Virus record (IMG/VR): IMGVR_UViG_3300010381_000011
Location: 1-38,258 of that record
Length of the DNA: 38,258 bases
Reading direction: 5' to 3' (one strand)
Source of the DNA: a virus
Lineage: Duplodnaviria; Caudoviricetes
Part shown: piece by piece, positions 7,855 to 15,471 of the stretch
Position numbering within the stretch: the first letter of the stretch is position 1
Layout: each line of letters opens with the position of its first letter
The notes under the pieces: model-generated
The model's input: the letters and a program-made list of their open reading frames with translations, nothing else
Databases searched by the model: none
Told to the model about the DNA's origin: nothing
Program-made: the position numbers and the translations under genes

Positions 7855-8126
7855 ACAAGGCGGAACTTGTTGACGATTTGGCCGGGCACGAGGGCCTTAG
7901 CAAGGCCCAGACGGAGCGCGTGCTGGACACGCTGTCACGAAGCATCACCGAGGCGTTGCGCGCCGGCAACAAGGTGGTGTTGCCGGGCCTGGGGCACCTG
8001 GAACCCGTGACCCGCAAGGGACACTGGGGGCGCAATCCCCGCACCGGGGAGCGGCTTTATATCCAGGACACGCGGGGCGTGGCCTTCCGGCCGGGGAAAG
8101 CCCTCAAGGACGCTCTTAAATCCTGA
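7851..8126 (+). CDS. HU/IHF family DNA-binding protein
   Basis: MNKAELVD..., GRNPRTGE, FRPGKALKDAL. Confidence 0.93.
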   Translation: MNKAELVDDLAGHEGLSKAQTERVLDTLSRSITEALRAGNKVVLPGLGHLEPVTRKGHWGRNPRTGERLYIQDTRGVAFRPGKALKDALKS

Positions 8127-8189
8127 TGCGAAACCGCCCCGCGCGGGCGGTCGTCTCGGCGTGGCGGCCGAGGCCTGATGAGCAGCCAC
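8127..8189 (+). ncRNA. Type II hammerhead ribozyme (HHR3)
   Basis: GAAA 8130-8133, GUC 8150-8152, stem I GUCUCGGC/GCCGAGGC (compensatory changes versus HHR1/2), CUGAUGA 8175-8181, pseudoknot GUGGC/GCCAC. Confidence 0.93.
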
Positions 8190-8198
8190 GGATACCAT

Positions 8199-8642
8199 AT
8201 GCGCATCTATATCGCATCATCCTGGAAGAACCAGCACGCCGTAGAGTTGTTGTCCGACCTCTTGGAGGACAACGGATATCAAGTGGTCTCCTTTGTGGCC
8301 GCACGGCGACGCGAGGAAGGCGGCACCTGCACCGGACCGGTGGATGTTGACGCCTGGATCAATTCAGAAGCCGGGCGGCAAATGTTCCATCACGACCTCG
8401 ACGGGGCCTGCCGCTCCGACCTGGTCATTTACCTTGGCCCCTCGGGCACCGATGCCTGGGCTGAGGTCGGCGCGGCCTGGGCGTCCGGCGTGCCGGTCCT
8501 CGGACTCCTGGCCAAAGGCGAACGGGCCGGGCTCATGCGGCGCATGGTGTCGCGGTGGTTCAACGATCACCGGGAGTTGCTGCGTTTCTTGGAAGAAGCC
8601 CAGGATGAGGATGAATCCCTCCTGGAAGCCTGTGTGGGGTGA
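8199..8642 (+). CDS. Nucleoside 2-deoxyribosyltransferase-like protein
   Basis: MRIYIAS start; SDLVIYLGPSGTDAWAEVGAAWASGVPV matches the NDT-like D..GT...E.G.A pattern; the upstream ATG 8178 lies inside the ribozyme core. Confidence 0.65.
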   Translation: MRIYIASSWKNQHAVELLSDLLEDNGYQVVSFVAARRREEGGTCTGPVDVDAWINSEAGRQMFHHDLDGACRSDLVIYLGPSGTDAWAEVGAAWASGVPVLGLLAKGERAGLMRRMVSRWFNDHRELLRFLEEAQDEDESLLEACVG

Positions 8643-8645
8643 CCA

Positions 8646-8858
8646 ATGCCCAGCGCAGAAGATCGTTTTTACGCCGAGGATAGGGCCATCCGGGGCCGGG
8701 CCGGCATCCTGGACCGGAAAAATGGCGATCGGCTGGTTTGCTTTTTCTTTGCCGATCCGGCCTGCCCGGAACACGCCCCGCGCATGGCCCGGGTATGCGC
8801 CCGGGCGCTCAACCTTGCCGTGACCAAACCGACGCAAGGGAGTCTGACCGATGGCTAA
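8646..8858 (+). CDS. Hypothetical protein
   Basis: Packed between neighbours in the operon; 70 aa. Confidence 0.55.
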   Translation: MPSAEDRFYAEDRAIRGRAGILDRKNGDRLVCFFFADPACPEHAPRMARVCARALNLAVTKPTQGSLTDG

Positions 8859-9129
8859 GAAATGTGACGGCGGGACCTATTGGCTCGCCTGGGTGGCGGA
8901 TCGGCCCGGGTACACGGTCCTGGAGGCCGAGGCCGGGTACAAGCCCTGCAAAAAGCCCGGGACGTATGTCGCCCGGCAGTTTGCCGACGGTTTGCGTTGC
9001 CCGGGATGCGTGCGGCGCTGCCGTATCCCCGAGACGGCGGGCATTGCCCATGACGACAGCATCCTGCTGCTCAAGAAGGGAGAATATCTCTCCTCTGCAC
9101 AGCGCATCTCCACAACGCGAAGGAACTAG
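8851..9129 (+). CDS. Hypothetical Cys-rich protein
   Basis: SD GGGAG; CPGCVRRC; 92 aa. Confidence 0.55.
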   Translation: MAKKCDGGTYWLAWVADRPGYTVLEAEAGYKPCKKPGTYVARQFADGLRCPGCVRRCRIPETAGIAHDDSILLLKKGEYLSSAQRISTTRRN

Positions 9130-9131
9130 CC

Positions 9132-9695
9132 ATGCGGAAACAATACGTTACCTGTGCGGCCATCTACAACATGCAGTCCAAGGTCTTTTTCGGGACGCTG
9201 ATTAAAGCGACCTCTTTGAACTACGAGGCCGACAAAGACCTCCTTATCGAAATGTTCGGTCGCATCCTGGGAGGTCCGGCGGCCTCCTGGTCGCAACTGG
9301 CGCTCGGCCAGCGCAACCAGGTGCTCGACGCCCTGGCCGGCCAGTGGCTGCCCGAGCATGCGGCCGTGGACATTCCGCTTTTGCCCAAGCGCCTGCGCGA
9401 CTGGAAAAAAGGCGACAAGGCCGACGGCTACGAGCGCCTGGACATCCCGGCCGGGCCGCTGGCCCGGCAGAAGCGCTACATCCTCATGCTGTGGTGCCTG
9501 CTCGGCTACGAGCCCAAGGGCCTGGACAGCCGGGCGGCCAAGCAATTCGGGGTGGAAAAGTTCGCGTGGTTGTCCGACCCGGCCGCCCTGGCCACCTTGG
9601 CCAAGGACCTGTGGTCCCGGTGCCGCAAGGCCGGCATCGATCCCGAGCCCACCGAGGCCGGCGGCACGCGGCACACCATGGCCATGGCCAAATGA
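9132..9695 (+). CDS. GemA/gp16-like (DUF1018) protein
   Basis: SD AAGGA; C-terminal QKRYILMLWCLLG..LDSRAAKQFGVEKFAWL resembles GemA; expected position. Confidence 0.6.
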   Translation: MRKQYVTCAAIYNMQSKVFFGTLIKATSLNYEADKDLLIEMFGRILGGPAASWSQLALGQRNQVLDALAGQWLPEHAAVDIPLLPKRLRDWKKGDKADGYERLDIPAGPLARQKRYILMLWCLLGYEPKGLDSRAAKQFGVEKFAWLSDPAALATLAKDLWSRCRKAGIDPEPTEAGGTRHTMAMAK

Positions 9696-9698
9696 CGC

Positions 9699-10067
9699 AT
9701 GGAGTCAGCCGAACGCGAGGCGTTGCGGGCCGCCATCCTGGCCCGCCATCGGAGCATCTACGCGTACTGCAAGGCGACCGGCGTCACCAAGTCGGTGGTG
9801 CTGCAAGTGCTGGACGGGCGCTACCCGGGCAACGTGGCCCGGCAAACGGCGCGTATCCGGGCCGCCCTGGCCGACACGCCGCCAACAGAGGTGGGGCACG
9901 AGCCCCCCTCGCTGACAGCGATCTACGAGGCCCTGGGGCGCGTGGCCTGCTCCCGGTGCCGGGTCACGGACAAACGCCGGTGCAAGAGCTGCCGGGCGCT
10001 GTGGGAGCGGCAGGCGGCCGAAGTGGCGGCTCTGTATGCGGTGGCCGCAATATCTCAAATTGGTTGA
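9699..10067 (+). CDS. HTH plus Cys-cluster hypothetical protein
   Basis: SIYAYCKATGVTKSVVLQVLDGRYPG HTH-like; CSRC..CKSC. Confidence 0.7.
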   Translation: MESAEREALRAAILARHRSIYAYCKATGVTKSVVLQVLDGRYPGNVARQTARIRAALADTPPTEVGHEPPSLTAIYEALGRVACSRCRVTDKRRCKSCRALWERQAAEVAALYAVAAISQIG

Positions 10068-10083
10068 TACGACAGGCGAGGCC

Positions 10084-10509
10084 ATGAGCGAGAAGCGCCA
10101 AAAATCGACAACGATTTTGCTCCGAAACCAGGGCAAGACGATCAAGCTGGAGCTGTTCCCGGCGTCGGCCTGGGGCGGTCCTGCCGACGCCTGCCGGGTA
10201 CGCATGGACGGCTGTTGGTACAACCCGGCGGGCGAGCGCCATGAATTTTTCACGCCGGCCGGCTTGATGGGGGTGCTCTTCCGCCTGTTGGCCGACCAGG
10301 AACCGCTCCAGGATGCGCCCAATCCGCCGTATCGTCGCGGTAACCGGGTGTCCGTGCCCACAGGACGGATAGGCCCTGATGGAGCGCCTGCCTACGAAGG
10401 GACGTGGCTGGCCGGTGTGCCGATCCTGGGCATCGACGGCCGCTGGTGGGCTCCGGTGGTCGGCCGTGACGAACCTGTGCCCCTGGATACCGTGAGGAGG
10501 CGATTATGA
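10084..10509 (+). CDS. Hypothetical protein
   Basis: SD GAGG, ATG 10084 (MSEKRQK); ATGA overlap with next gene. Confidence 0.65.
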   Translation: MSEKRQKSTTILLRNQGKTIKLELFPASAWGGPADACRVRMDGCWYNPAGERHEFFTPAGLMGVLFRLLADQEPLQDAPNPPYRRGNRVSVPTGRIGPDGAPAYEGTWLAGVPILGIDGRWWAPVVGRDEPVPLDTVRRRL

Positions 10510-10952
10510 GCGGGGTCTTTGACGATCTGCTGCGGCTGTTGTCCCGGGGGTGGGTGCCGTATTACGGTCGGGTCGAGGGACGCGTGTATGAGCAGTTGGG
10601 GTGCGCCAAGTCGCGTCAGGCCCGGTGGATGGTGCGTGATGGTATGTATGTCTGCCTGGGTTGCGGCAAGCGGTGCAGTCTGGCCAATCCTGCCGGGTTC
10701 GAACTCTTGTTGCCGGTGACGAAGAGGACAAGGAATTTCGTTTATGCGGCTTTACCCGCCGTTTCCGCGCACGATCTACTGACGAAAAAAATGCTGCTTA
10801 CAGTTCCCGAGGTGTCCTTTATTTTGAGTATAAGTGATCGGAAAGTGTACGAATTAGTAGATGAAGGGCGGTTGGAGCGTCATCCCGATCTGCCTATTCG
10901 TGTCACGGCCGAAAGTGTACGGCGTGAGGCGGCGCGGCTCAAAGAGGGGTAG
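10506..10952 (+). CDS. Zn-finger plus MerR/Xis-like HTH protein, candidate late-gene activator
   Basis: C..CLGCGKRC and LLTVPEVSFILSISDRKVYELVDEGRL; last early gene, at the position of Mu C/Mor. Confidence 0.7.
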   Translation: MSGVFDDLLRLLSRGWVPYYGRVEGRVYEQLGCAKSRQARWMVRDGMYVCLGCGKRCSLANPAGFELLLPVTKRTRNFVYAALPAVSAHDLLTKKMLLTVPEVSFILSISDRKVYELVDEGRLERHPDLPIRVTAESVRREAARLKEG

Positions 10953-11002
10953 CGAGACAGTTGATTGCCCTCTTAAATAGCGTATACGTAGAATCCGAGT
11001 TG

Positions 11003-11467
11003 TTATTTCTTATGTTTCTTTCGTATTATTATTTGACTAGAGTCACATGTTTGCATGAATAATTCCTTCCGGTTCTTTTCTTGCTCTTTCTTGATTACGT
11101 CATGACTTTGACGGCATAATATCGAGTCTGCCGCTTCTTTTGACATCTTTTTTTTGATAATATAGACAATATTACTTTGACATTTGCATTTATTGCACGG
11201 ATAATTATTCCTAAATTTTCTATATATAATACGAAAATTTGTATCCAATTGGAATATATTTTTTATATATTCCAGACTAATATTATTTGTGTGTTTGCAA
11301 TGTTTACATACGACAAACAGCCCATCAATAAAATCTTGAATAAAATACAATGACAAAGAAAAATCAACCCTAAATTCATAAGGCCTTTGGCGTGTATGTT
11401 CTTTTGTGTAATTATCATTACAGACAGACCACCGTTGAAAATTTCGAGAAACTGTTTTGTAGGCCAT
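11003..11467 (-). CDS. AT-rich hypothetical accessory protein
   Basis: 154 aa; SD GAGG; two CxxC motifs; strongly AT-rich island. Confidence 0.6.
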   Translation of the reverse strand: MAYKTVSRNFQRWSVCNDNYTKEHTRQRPYEFRVDFSLSLYFIQDFIDGLFVVCKHCKHTNNISLEYIKNIFQLDTNFRIIYRKFRNNYPCNKCKCQSNIVYIIKKKMSKEAADSILCRQSHDVIKKEQEKNRKELFMQTCDSSQIIIRKKHKK

Positions 11468-11600
11468 TTATTACCTCAATAAAAGATAGTATTATAAGAC
11501 AACTCCATTGCTGGCGCTCAATCAACAATTTCGACATAAGATAATCAGTAAAATCGGAGCCAATGCTCACCATAGAATCTGTCGATTATATTTTTAATAT

Positions 11601-11629
11601 AAGTTATGCGTTGATTGGCCATGGGTCAA
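11601..11629 (-). promoter_or_regulatory. Candidate sigma70 promoter for 11003..11467
   Basis: Minus strand TTGACC-17-TAACTT. Confidence 0.45.
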
Positions 11630-11721
11630 GGGGCCTTAGCGCTGAAGGCACCCTCTTAGATGAAAATGCCTAATATCACAGAGACACACTACCGCCTTTG
11701 TGTCTCCATTACGGGTGACGA

Positions 11722-12162
11722 ATGAAATTCGGTCCACGCATCCCTTCCTTCAAAAAACGAATTGCCGCGCGCACGTCGCTGTCGCGCTATGTCCGGCACT
11801 CGCTCGGTCTCAAGGCCCCGCGCGGCTGGGGCTGGATCACCAACCCCAAAAAAGCGGCTTATAATCGGGTGTACAACCGCACAACATGGGGCTGTCTACT
11901 CCCTGTGTTGCTGGGCCTTTTGCTGGTGGCGCTCTTTGGCGGATGGGCACTGGCCGCCAACACCGAGACCACCCAGCCCAGGGACGCCAAGCTGTACGAC
12001 CGCTCGGGACGGTATCAGGGCCGGGTCACGTCCAATGGCCACGGCCAAGCCAAGACCTACGACAAGTCCGGCCAGTATCAGGGAAAGGCCGTACGCCAGG
12101 GCAACACCATCAAACTCTATGACAAGTCCGGCCATTACATCGGCCGGGTTAATACTCGATAA
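11722..12162 (+). CDS. Hypothetical membrane protein with basic N-terminus and three YD(K/R)SG repeats
   Basis: MKFGPRIPSFKKRIAARTS..NPKKAAYNRVYNRTT, hydrophobic segment, then KLYDRSGRYQG / KTYDKSGQYQG / KLYDKSGHYIG. Confidence 0.7.
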   Translation: MKFGPRIPSFKKRIAARTSLSRYVRHSLGLKAPRGWGWITNPKKAAYNRVYNRTTWGCLLPVLLGLLLVALFGGWALAANTETTQPRDAKLYDRSGRYQGRVTSNGHGQAKTYDKSGQYQGKAVRQGNTIKLYDKSGHYIGRVNTR

Positions 12163-12163
12163 C

Positions 12164-12238
12164 GGATTAATCCGGATTATCCCGCAAGCCTCGCGTCGTC
12201 TGCTCCCACCCGTATCTCTTTGCCGCTAGCGTAGCGGC
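12164..12238 (+). promoter_or_regulatory. Candidate late promoter of the lysis operon
   Basis: GGATTA twice, CGCAAGCCTCGCGTC 12183-12197, -10-like TAGCGT 12227-12232; same architecture upstream of the protease gene. Confidence 0.55.
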
Positions 12239-12697
12239 ATGCAACGCATCAGATACCCCCAAGCGATTGTCGTCCTTGTGCTCCTGCTCCAGGTCGCCGG
12301 CCTCCCGGCGGCCTGGGGCGCGGAGCCTGTGTACCACGAGTCCGTGGCCGCTGTGGTGGACCACGTCCACGACGGGGACACCATCATCGTGGCCGTGCCG
12401 TCCTGGCCGGCCGTGGTCTCGCCCATCCAGGTCCGCGTGGCCGGCATCGACACCCCCGAGCTGCATGACAAACGGCCCCCGATCCGCGCCCTGGCGCTCA
12501 TGGCCCGGGATTGGGTGGCCGACCATCTGCCGGCCGGCGCGGCCGTGACCCTGCGCCGCGTGCGGCGGGACAAGTATTTCCGCCTGCTCGCCGACGTGGA
12601 TGTGACGGTGGATGGCGAGACCCGCGATCTGGCCACGGAGCTGGTGCGACGCGGCTTGGCCAAACCCTATACCGGCCAGGGCGCAAAGCCCTGGTAA
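12239..12697 (+). CDS. Thermonuclease (SNase-like) with signal peptide
   Basis: VHDGDTI, VRVAGIDTPE, DKYFRLLADV, ELVRRGLA; N-terminal hydrophobic signal. Confidence 0.9.
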   Translation: MQRIRYPQAIVVLVLLLQVAGLPAAWGAEPVYHESVAAVVDHVHDGDTIIVAVPSWPAVVSPIQVRVAGIDTPELHDKRPPIRALALMARDWVADHLPAGAAVTLRRVRRDKYFRLLADVDVTVDGETRDLATELVRRGLAKPYTGQGAKPW

Positions 12698-12704
12698 GGA
12701 GCCG

Positions 12705-13133
12705 ATGATGCGACACGTTATCGGACTGTTGGCTGTGGTTGCCCTGGCCTCGACGCTCGCCGGCTGCGGCACCCTGGGCCCGACGTCGAACCCCTTGCCC
12801 GCGGCGTCCTTGGTGGGACCGGATACGGTAACGACCGATACGGCGACGGACACGACAGCCGCGCGCCTGGATGCCGGCATGCAGTGGCTGTGGGCGTCGG
12901 TGTCGGGACTGCGGGACAAGCTGGACGCCGTGGCGACCGTCGCACCTCATGCGGCGGAAGTCGTTGGGCAGAAGCTGGATAAGGCGCGGCAGGTGGTCGC
13001 GGACGTCGAGGCGGCGGCCAAGGCCGGCAACCTTGGGCACGCGCTGGTGCTGTGGACCAAAGCCCGGTCCGCCATCGGTACGGTGGCGAACATGGTCCAG
13101 GGGTTGGCCGCCACGAGCGCGGCGGGGGTGTAA
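12705..13133 (+). CDS. Lipoprotein in the lysis module (possible spanin)
   Basis: SD AAGGAG; MMRHVIGLLAVVALASTLAG-C lipobox. Confidence 0.75.
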   Translation: MMRHVIGLLAVVALASTLAGCGTLGPTSNPLPAASLVGPDTVTTDTATDTTAARLDAGMQWLWASVSGLRDKLDAVATVAPHAAEVVGQKLDKARQVVADVEAAAKAGNLGHALVLWTKARSAIGTVANMVQGLAATSAAGV

Positions 13134-13135
13134 CT

Positions 13136-13726
13136 ATGCAAACCGCCATCGATTTTGAGGGGCTTGTGGATACGCTGGTCGCCGCCCGCGACGAACTGCA
13201 ACAGAGGCGTACCACCTCGGAGGCCATGACAGCCGCGCCGGTATCGGCCCCGACCCAGGACGCGCTGGTCGAGTCCATGGGTACCAGTTACCAGCTGCCG
13301 GTCGTGATCGTGCGCGCCATGGTGGAGCACGAGTCCGTGGGGGGCATCCCGGCCGCCATGCGGTTCGAGCCGGACTTCTATAAGCGGTACATTGAAGGGA
13401 AAACCCAGGATTTCCGCCCCGAGGGGTCTTCCTGGGATACCGAGCGCATCGGCCGCGCCATCTCCTGGGGGCTCATGCAGGTGATGGGCGAGACCGCCCG
13501 CGTCATCGGTTTCCGGGGTTGGTTCGGGGAGCTCCTTTTGCCCCAGGTCGGCCTGGAGTGGGGCTGCCGCTACCTGCGCCGGTTGGCGGATCGCTATCTG
13601 GCGGACGGTGGCTGGCCCACGGTCATGCGCGCGTACAACGGCGGCCCCGGCAACCGGCATCAAATGGACAGCCCGTACCCGGGCAAAATCCTGGCGCTGA
13701 TCCCCGGCGGCGTCTGGCCCGAATAG
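13136..13726 (+). CDS. Lytic transglycosylase (SLT) endolysin
   Basis: Catalytic ES (VEHES), GLMQ and AYNGG motifs. Confidence 0.9.
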   Translation: MQTAIDFEGLVDTLVAARDELQQRRTTSEAMTAAPVSAPTQDALVESMGTSYQLPVVIVRAMVEHESVGGIPAAMRFEPDFYKRYIEGKTQDFRPEGSSWDTERIGRAISWGLMQVMGETARVIGFRGWFGELLLPQVGLEWGCRYLRRLADRYLADGGWPTVMRAYNGGPGNRHQMDSPYPGKILALIPGGVWPE

Positions 13727-13738
13727 CAAGGAGGCATC

Positions 13739-14188
13739 ATGTCCGAGCAAGTCCCAGTCCAGGCGGCACCGGAAGTCGCACCCGCCGCCACGCCTTCGCC
13801 GGCCAGCCCGTTGGAGGCGATCCTGTCGGCCGCCATGACCCTGACCCAGCTGGTCGAGACACTTCAGGCGAATCTGGCTGCGCCCGCCCCGACGGCCGAT
13901 TCGGCCCCGGTCGCGCCAGTGGTGGCGAAAGCTCCCGTCACGGCTGCTCCCGTGACCTCGGAACGCATCGGGGATATGGCCGCCACCGTGCTGGCGTCGC
14001 CCGTAGTCAGAACTTCCATCCTGCGATCCAGCCCCCTGTGGACCCTGCTGGGCACAGTGGCCACCCTGCTGGCCCAGGACCCGTTAGGGTTGCATCTGTC
14101 GCCCCTCACACAGGTATGCATCACCGGGTTGGCCGGTCTGTTTATGATCCTCTACATGCCCAAACACCCAACCCGCACCGGAGCCTGA
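13739..14188 (+). CDS. Membrane protein, holin candidate
   Basis: SD AGGAGG; Pro/Ala-rich N-terminus; two C-terminal hydrophobic segments; follows the endolysin. Confidence 0.6.
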   Translation: MSEQVPVQAAPEVAPAATPSPASPLEAILSAAMTLTQLVETLQANLAAPAPTADSAPVAPVVAKAPVTAAPVTSERIGDMAATVLASPVVRTSILRSSPLWTLLGTVATLLAQDPLGLHLSPLTQVCITGLAGLFMILYMPKHPTRTGA

Positions 14189-14189
14189 C

Positions 14190-14600
14190 ATGGATCAATC
14201 GTTGGCGGCGACGCTGCTCAAACTGCTGGGGGCCATGGATGCGACCACGCTTGCCTATTTGGTGGCCCTGGTGACGCTGACGCCCATGGGACTCGTGGCG
14301 CTCATCGTGGCCTTTTGGCTTATCGAAGATCGCCGCCGGCGTGCCGATCTGGCTCGTTATCAGCGGGATATGGATCGTATCCTCAAGGCTTACGGCGACG
14401 ATCTGCGCGTGGTGACCGGCTACTACAAGGACAACGTCAAACTGGTGGAGTCCTACGAATCATTGGCGCGAAGTCTCCATGATCAAGTCGTCCTTAATAC
14501 CCAGATCATGCAGCGCCTCACCGACGCTATATGCAGTAACCAATTTTGCCCACTGGCTCGTATCAATAAGGGGGAAAGTCCCATGAAGGGGGCCTATTAA
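14190..14600 (+). CDS. Membrane-anchored coiled-coil protein
   Basis: N-terminal hydrophobic helices followed by a charged helical region. Confidence 0.7.
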   Translation: MDQSLAATLLKLLGAMDATTLAYLVALVTLTPMGLVALIVAFWLIEDRRRRADLARYQRDMDRILKAYGDDLRVVTGYYKDNVKLVESYESLARSLHDQVVLNTQIMQRLTDAICSNQFCPLARINKGESPMKGAY

Positions 14601-14846
14601 ATGGACCTGGAACGCGCCGCCATGGTCGGTCAGCGTGCGGAAAAGGAATTGGCCGTCAAAAGTTTGATCCTGCGGATTTCCGGTCTGCGGGACTCTTTGC
14701 GGCTGCTGCTGCTCCCCACGCTGCCCGAGGACGCCCTCGACGATGAGCGCATCGCCGCCCAGGCCCTGGATCTGGCCCAAGCCGTGATCGATCTGCGGGG
14801 CGTGCGCGCCGAGATCGCCGTCATCAACCATCACCTGGGGCATTGA
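14601..14846 (+). CDS. Hypothetical protein
   Basis: Abuts the previous stop; 81 aa, helical. Confidence 0.65.
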   Translation: MDLERAAMVGQRAEKELAVKSLILRISGLRDSLRLLLLPTLPEDALDDERIAAQALDLAQAVIDLRGVRAEIAVINHHLGH

Positions 14847-14850
14847 TCCC

Positions 14851-15471
14851 ATGCCCACTGTGGCCGGCGGACGCCGCGAGCATCCCATGGAGACCGTGGA
14901 GCGCGCCGAAGAGCTGTGGTGCGTGGACGGTCTCACCCTGGCGGACGTGGCCACGCGCACCGGGGTGGCCACATCGACCCTCAAGCGGTGGGCCGAGAAG
15001 TACGGCTGGCAGGCCAAGCGCGACGAGATACGCCAGTCCATGGCCGCCATCCGCGTGGACACCATCAAGCTCCGCGCCAAGCTCATCAAAAATTGTTTGG
15101 GCTCCATGCAGGCCATGGACGCCTTTGCCGTGGCCAAGATGGAAGAAGTGGCCATCAAGGCGGCCGAACTGGCGGACAAGCGGGCCGAGGCCGCGCCGCC
15201 GGCAATCGCGCCCATGCGCGAGATCGCCACCGAGGCCGACGCCGTGGCCGCCCTGGAAGAGGCGGTGGGGATGCGGCTTAACGCCATGCTGGCCAGCCCT
15301 GACAAGGTGACGCTGACGGCGCTTCGGGAGGTCAAACAAGTGCTCGATCTGCTCAAGGACATGCGGGCCGCCGCCGGCGCGGCCGCCAAGGACGGGGCCT
15401 TGGCTCCGGAGCGTGGCATCAGCGCCGCCACGGCCGAGCGCATCAATGAATTACTTGGGGGGCAGGCATGA
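14851..15471 (+). CDS. Terminase small subunit-like HTH protein (Mu gp27 position)
   Basis: AEELWCVDGLTLADVATRTGVATSTLKRWAEKYGW; ATGA-coupled to the large terminase. Confidence 0.75.
   Translation: MPTVAGGRREHPMETVERAEELWCVDGLTLADVATRTGVATSTLKRWAEKYGWQAKRDEIRQSMAAIRVDTIKLRAKLIKNCLGSMQAMDAFAVAKMEEVAIKAAELADKRAEAAPPAIAPMREIATEADAVAALEEAVGMRLNAMLASPDKVTLTALREVKQVLDLLKDMRAAAGAAAKDGALAPERGISAATAERINELLGGQA

Noticed and set aside
2257-8189. The 62-nt repeats read as a CRISPR array, REP elements or terminators
   Set aside because: Only three widely spaced copies, no spacers or cas genes and no U-tract; the hammerhead core and stem covariation explain them better
8126-8350. 74-aa ORF beginning at the HU stop
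   Set aside because: It spans the hammerhead and overlaps the better-supported NDT-like ORF in another frame
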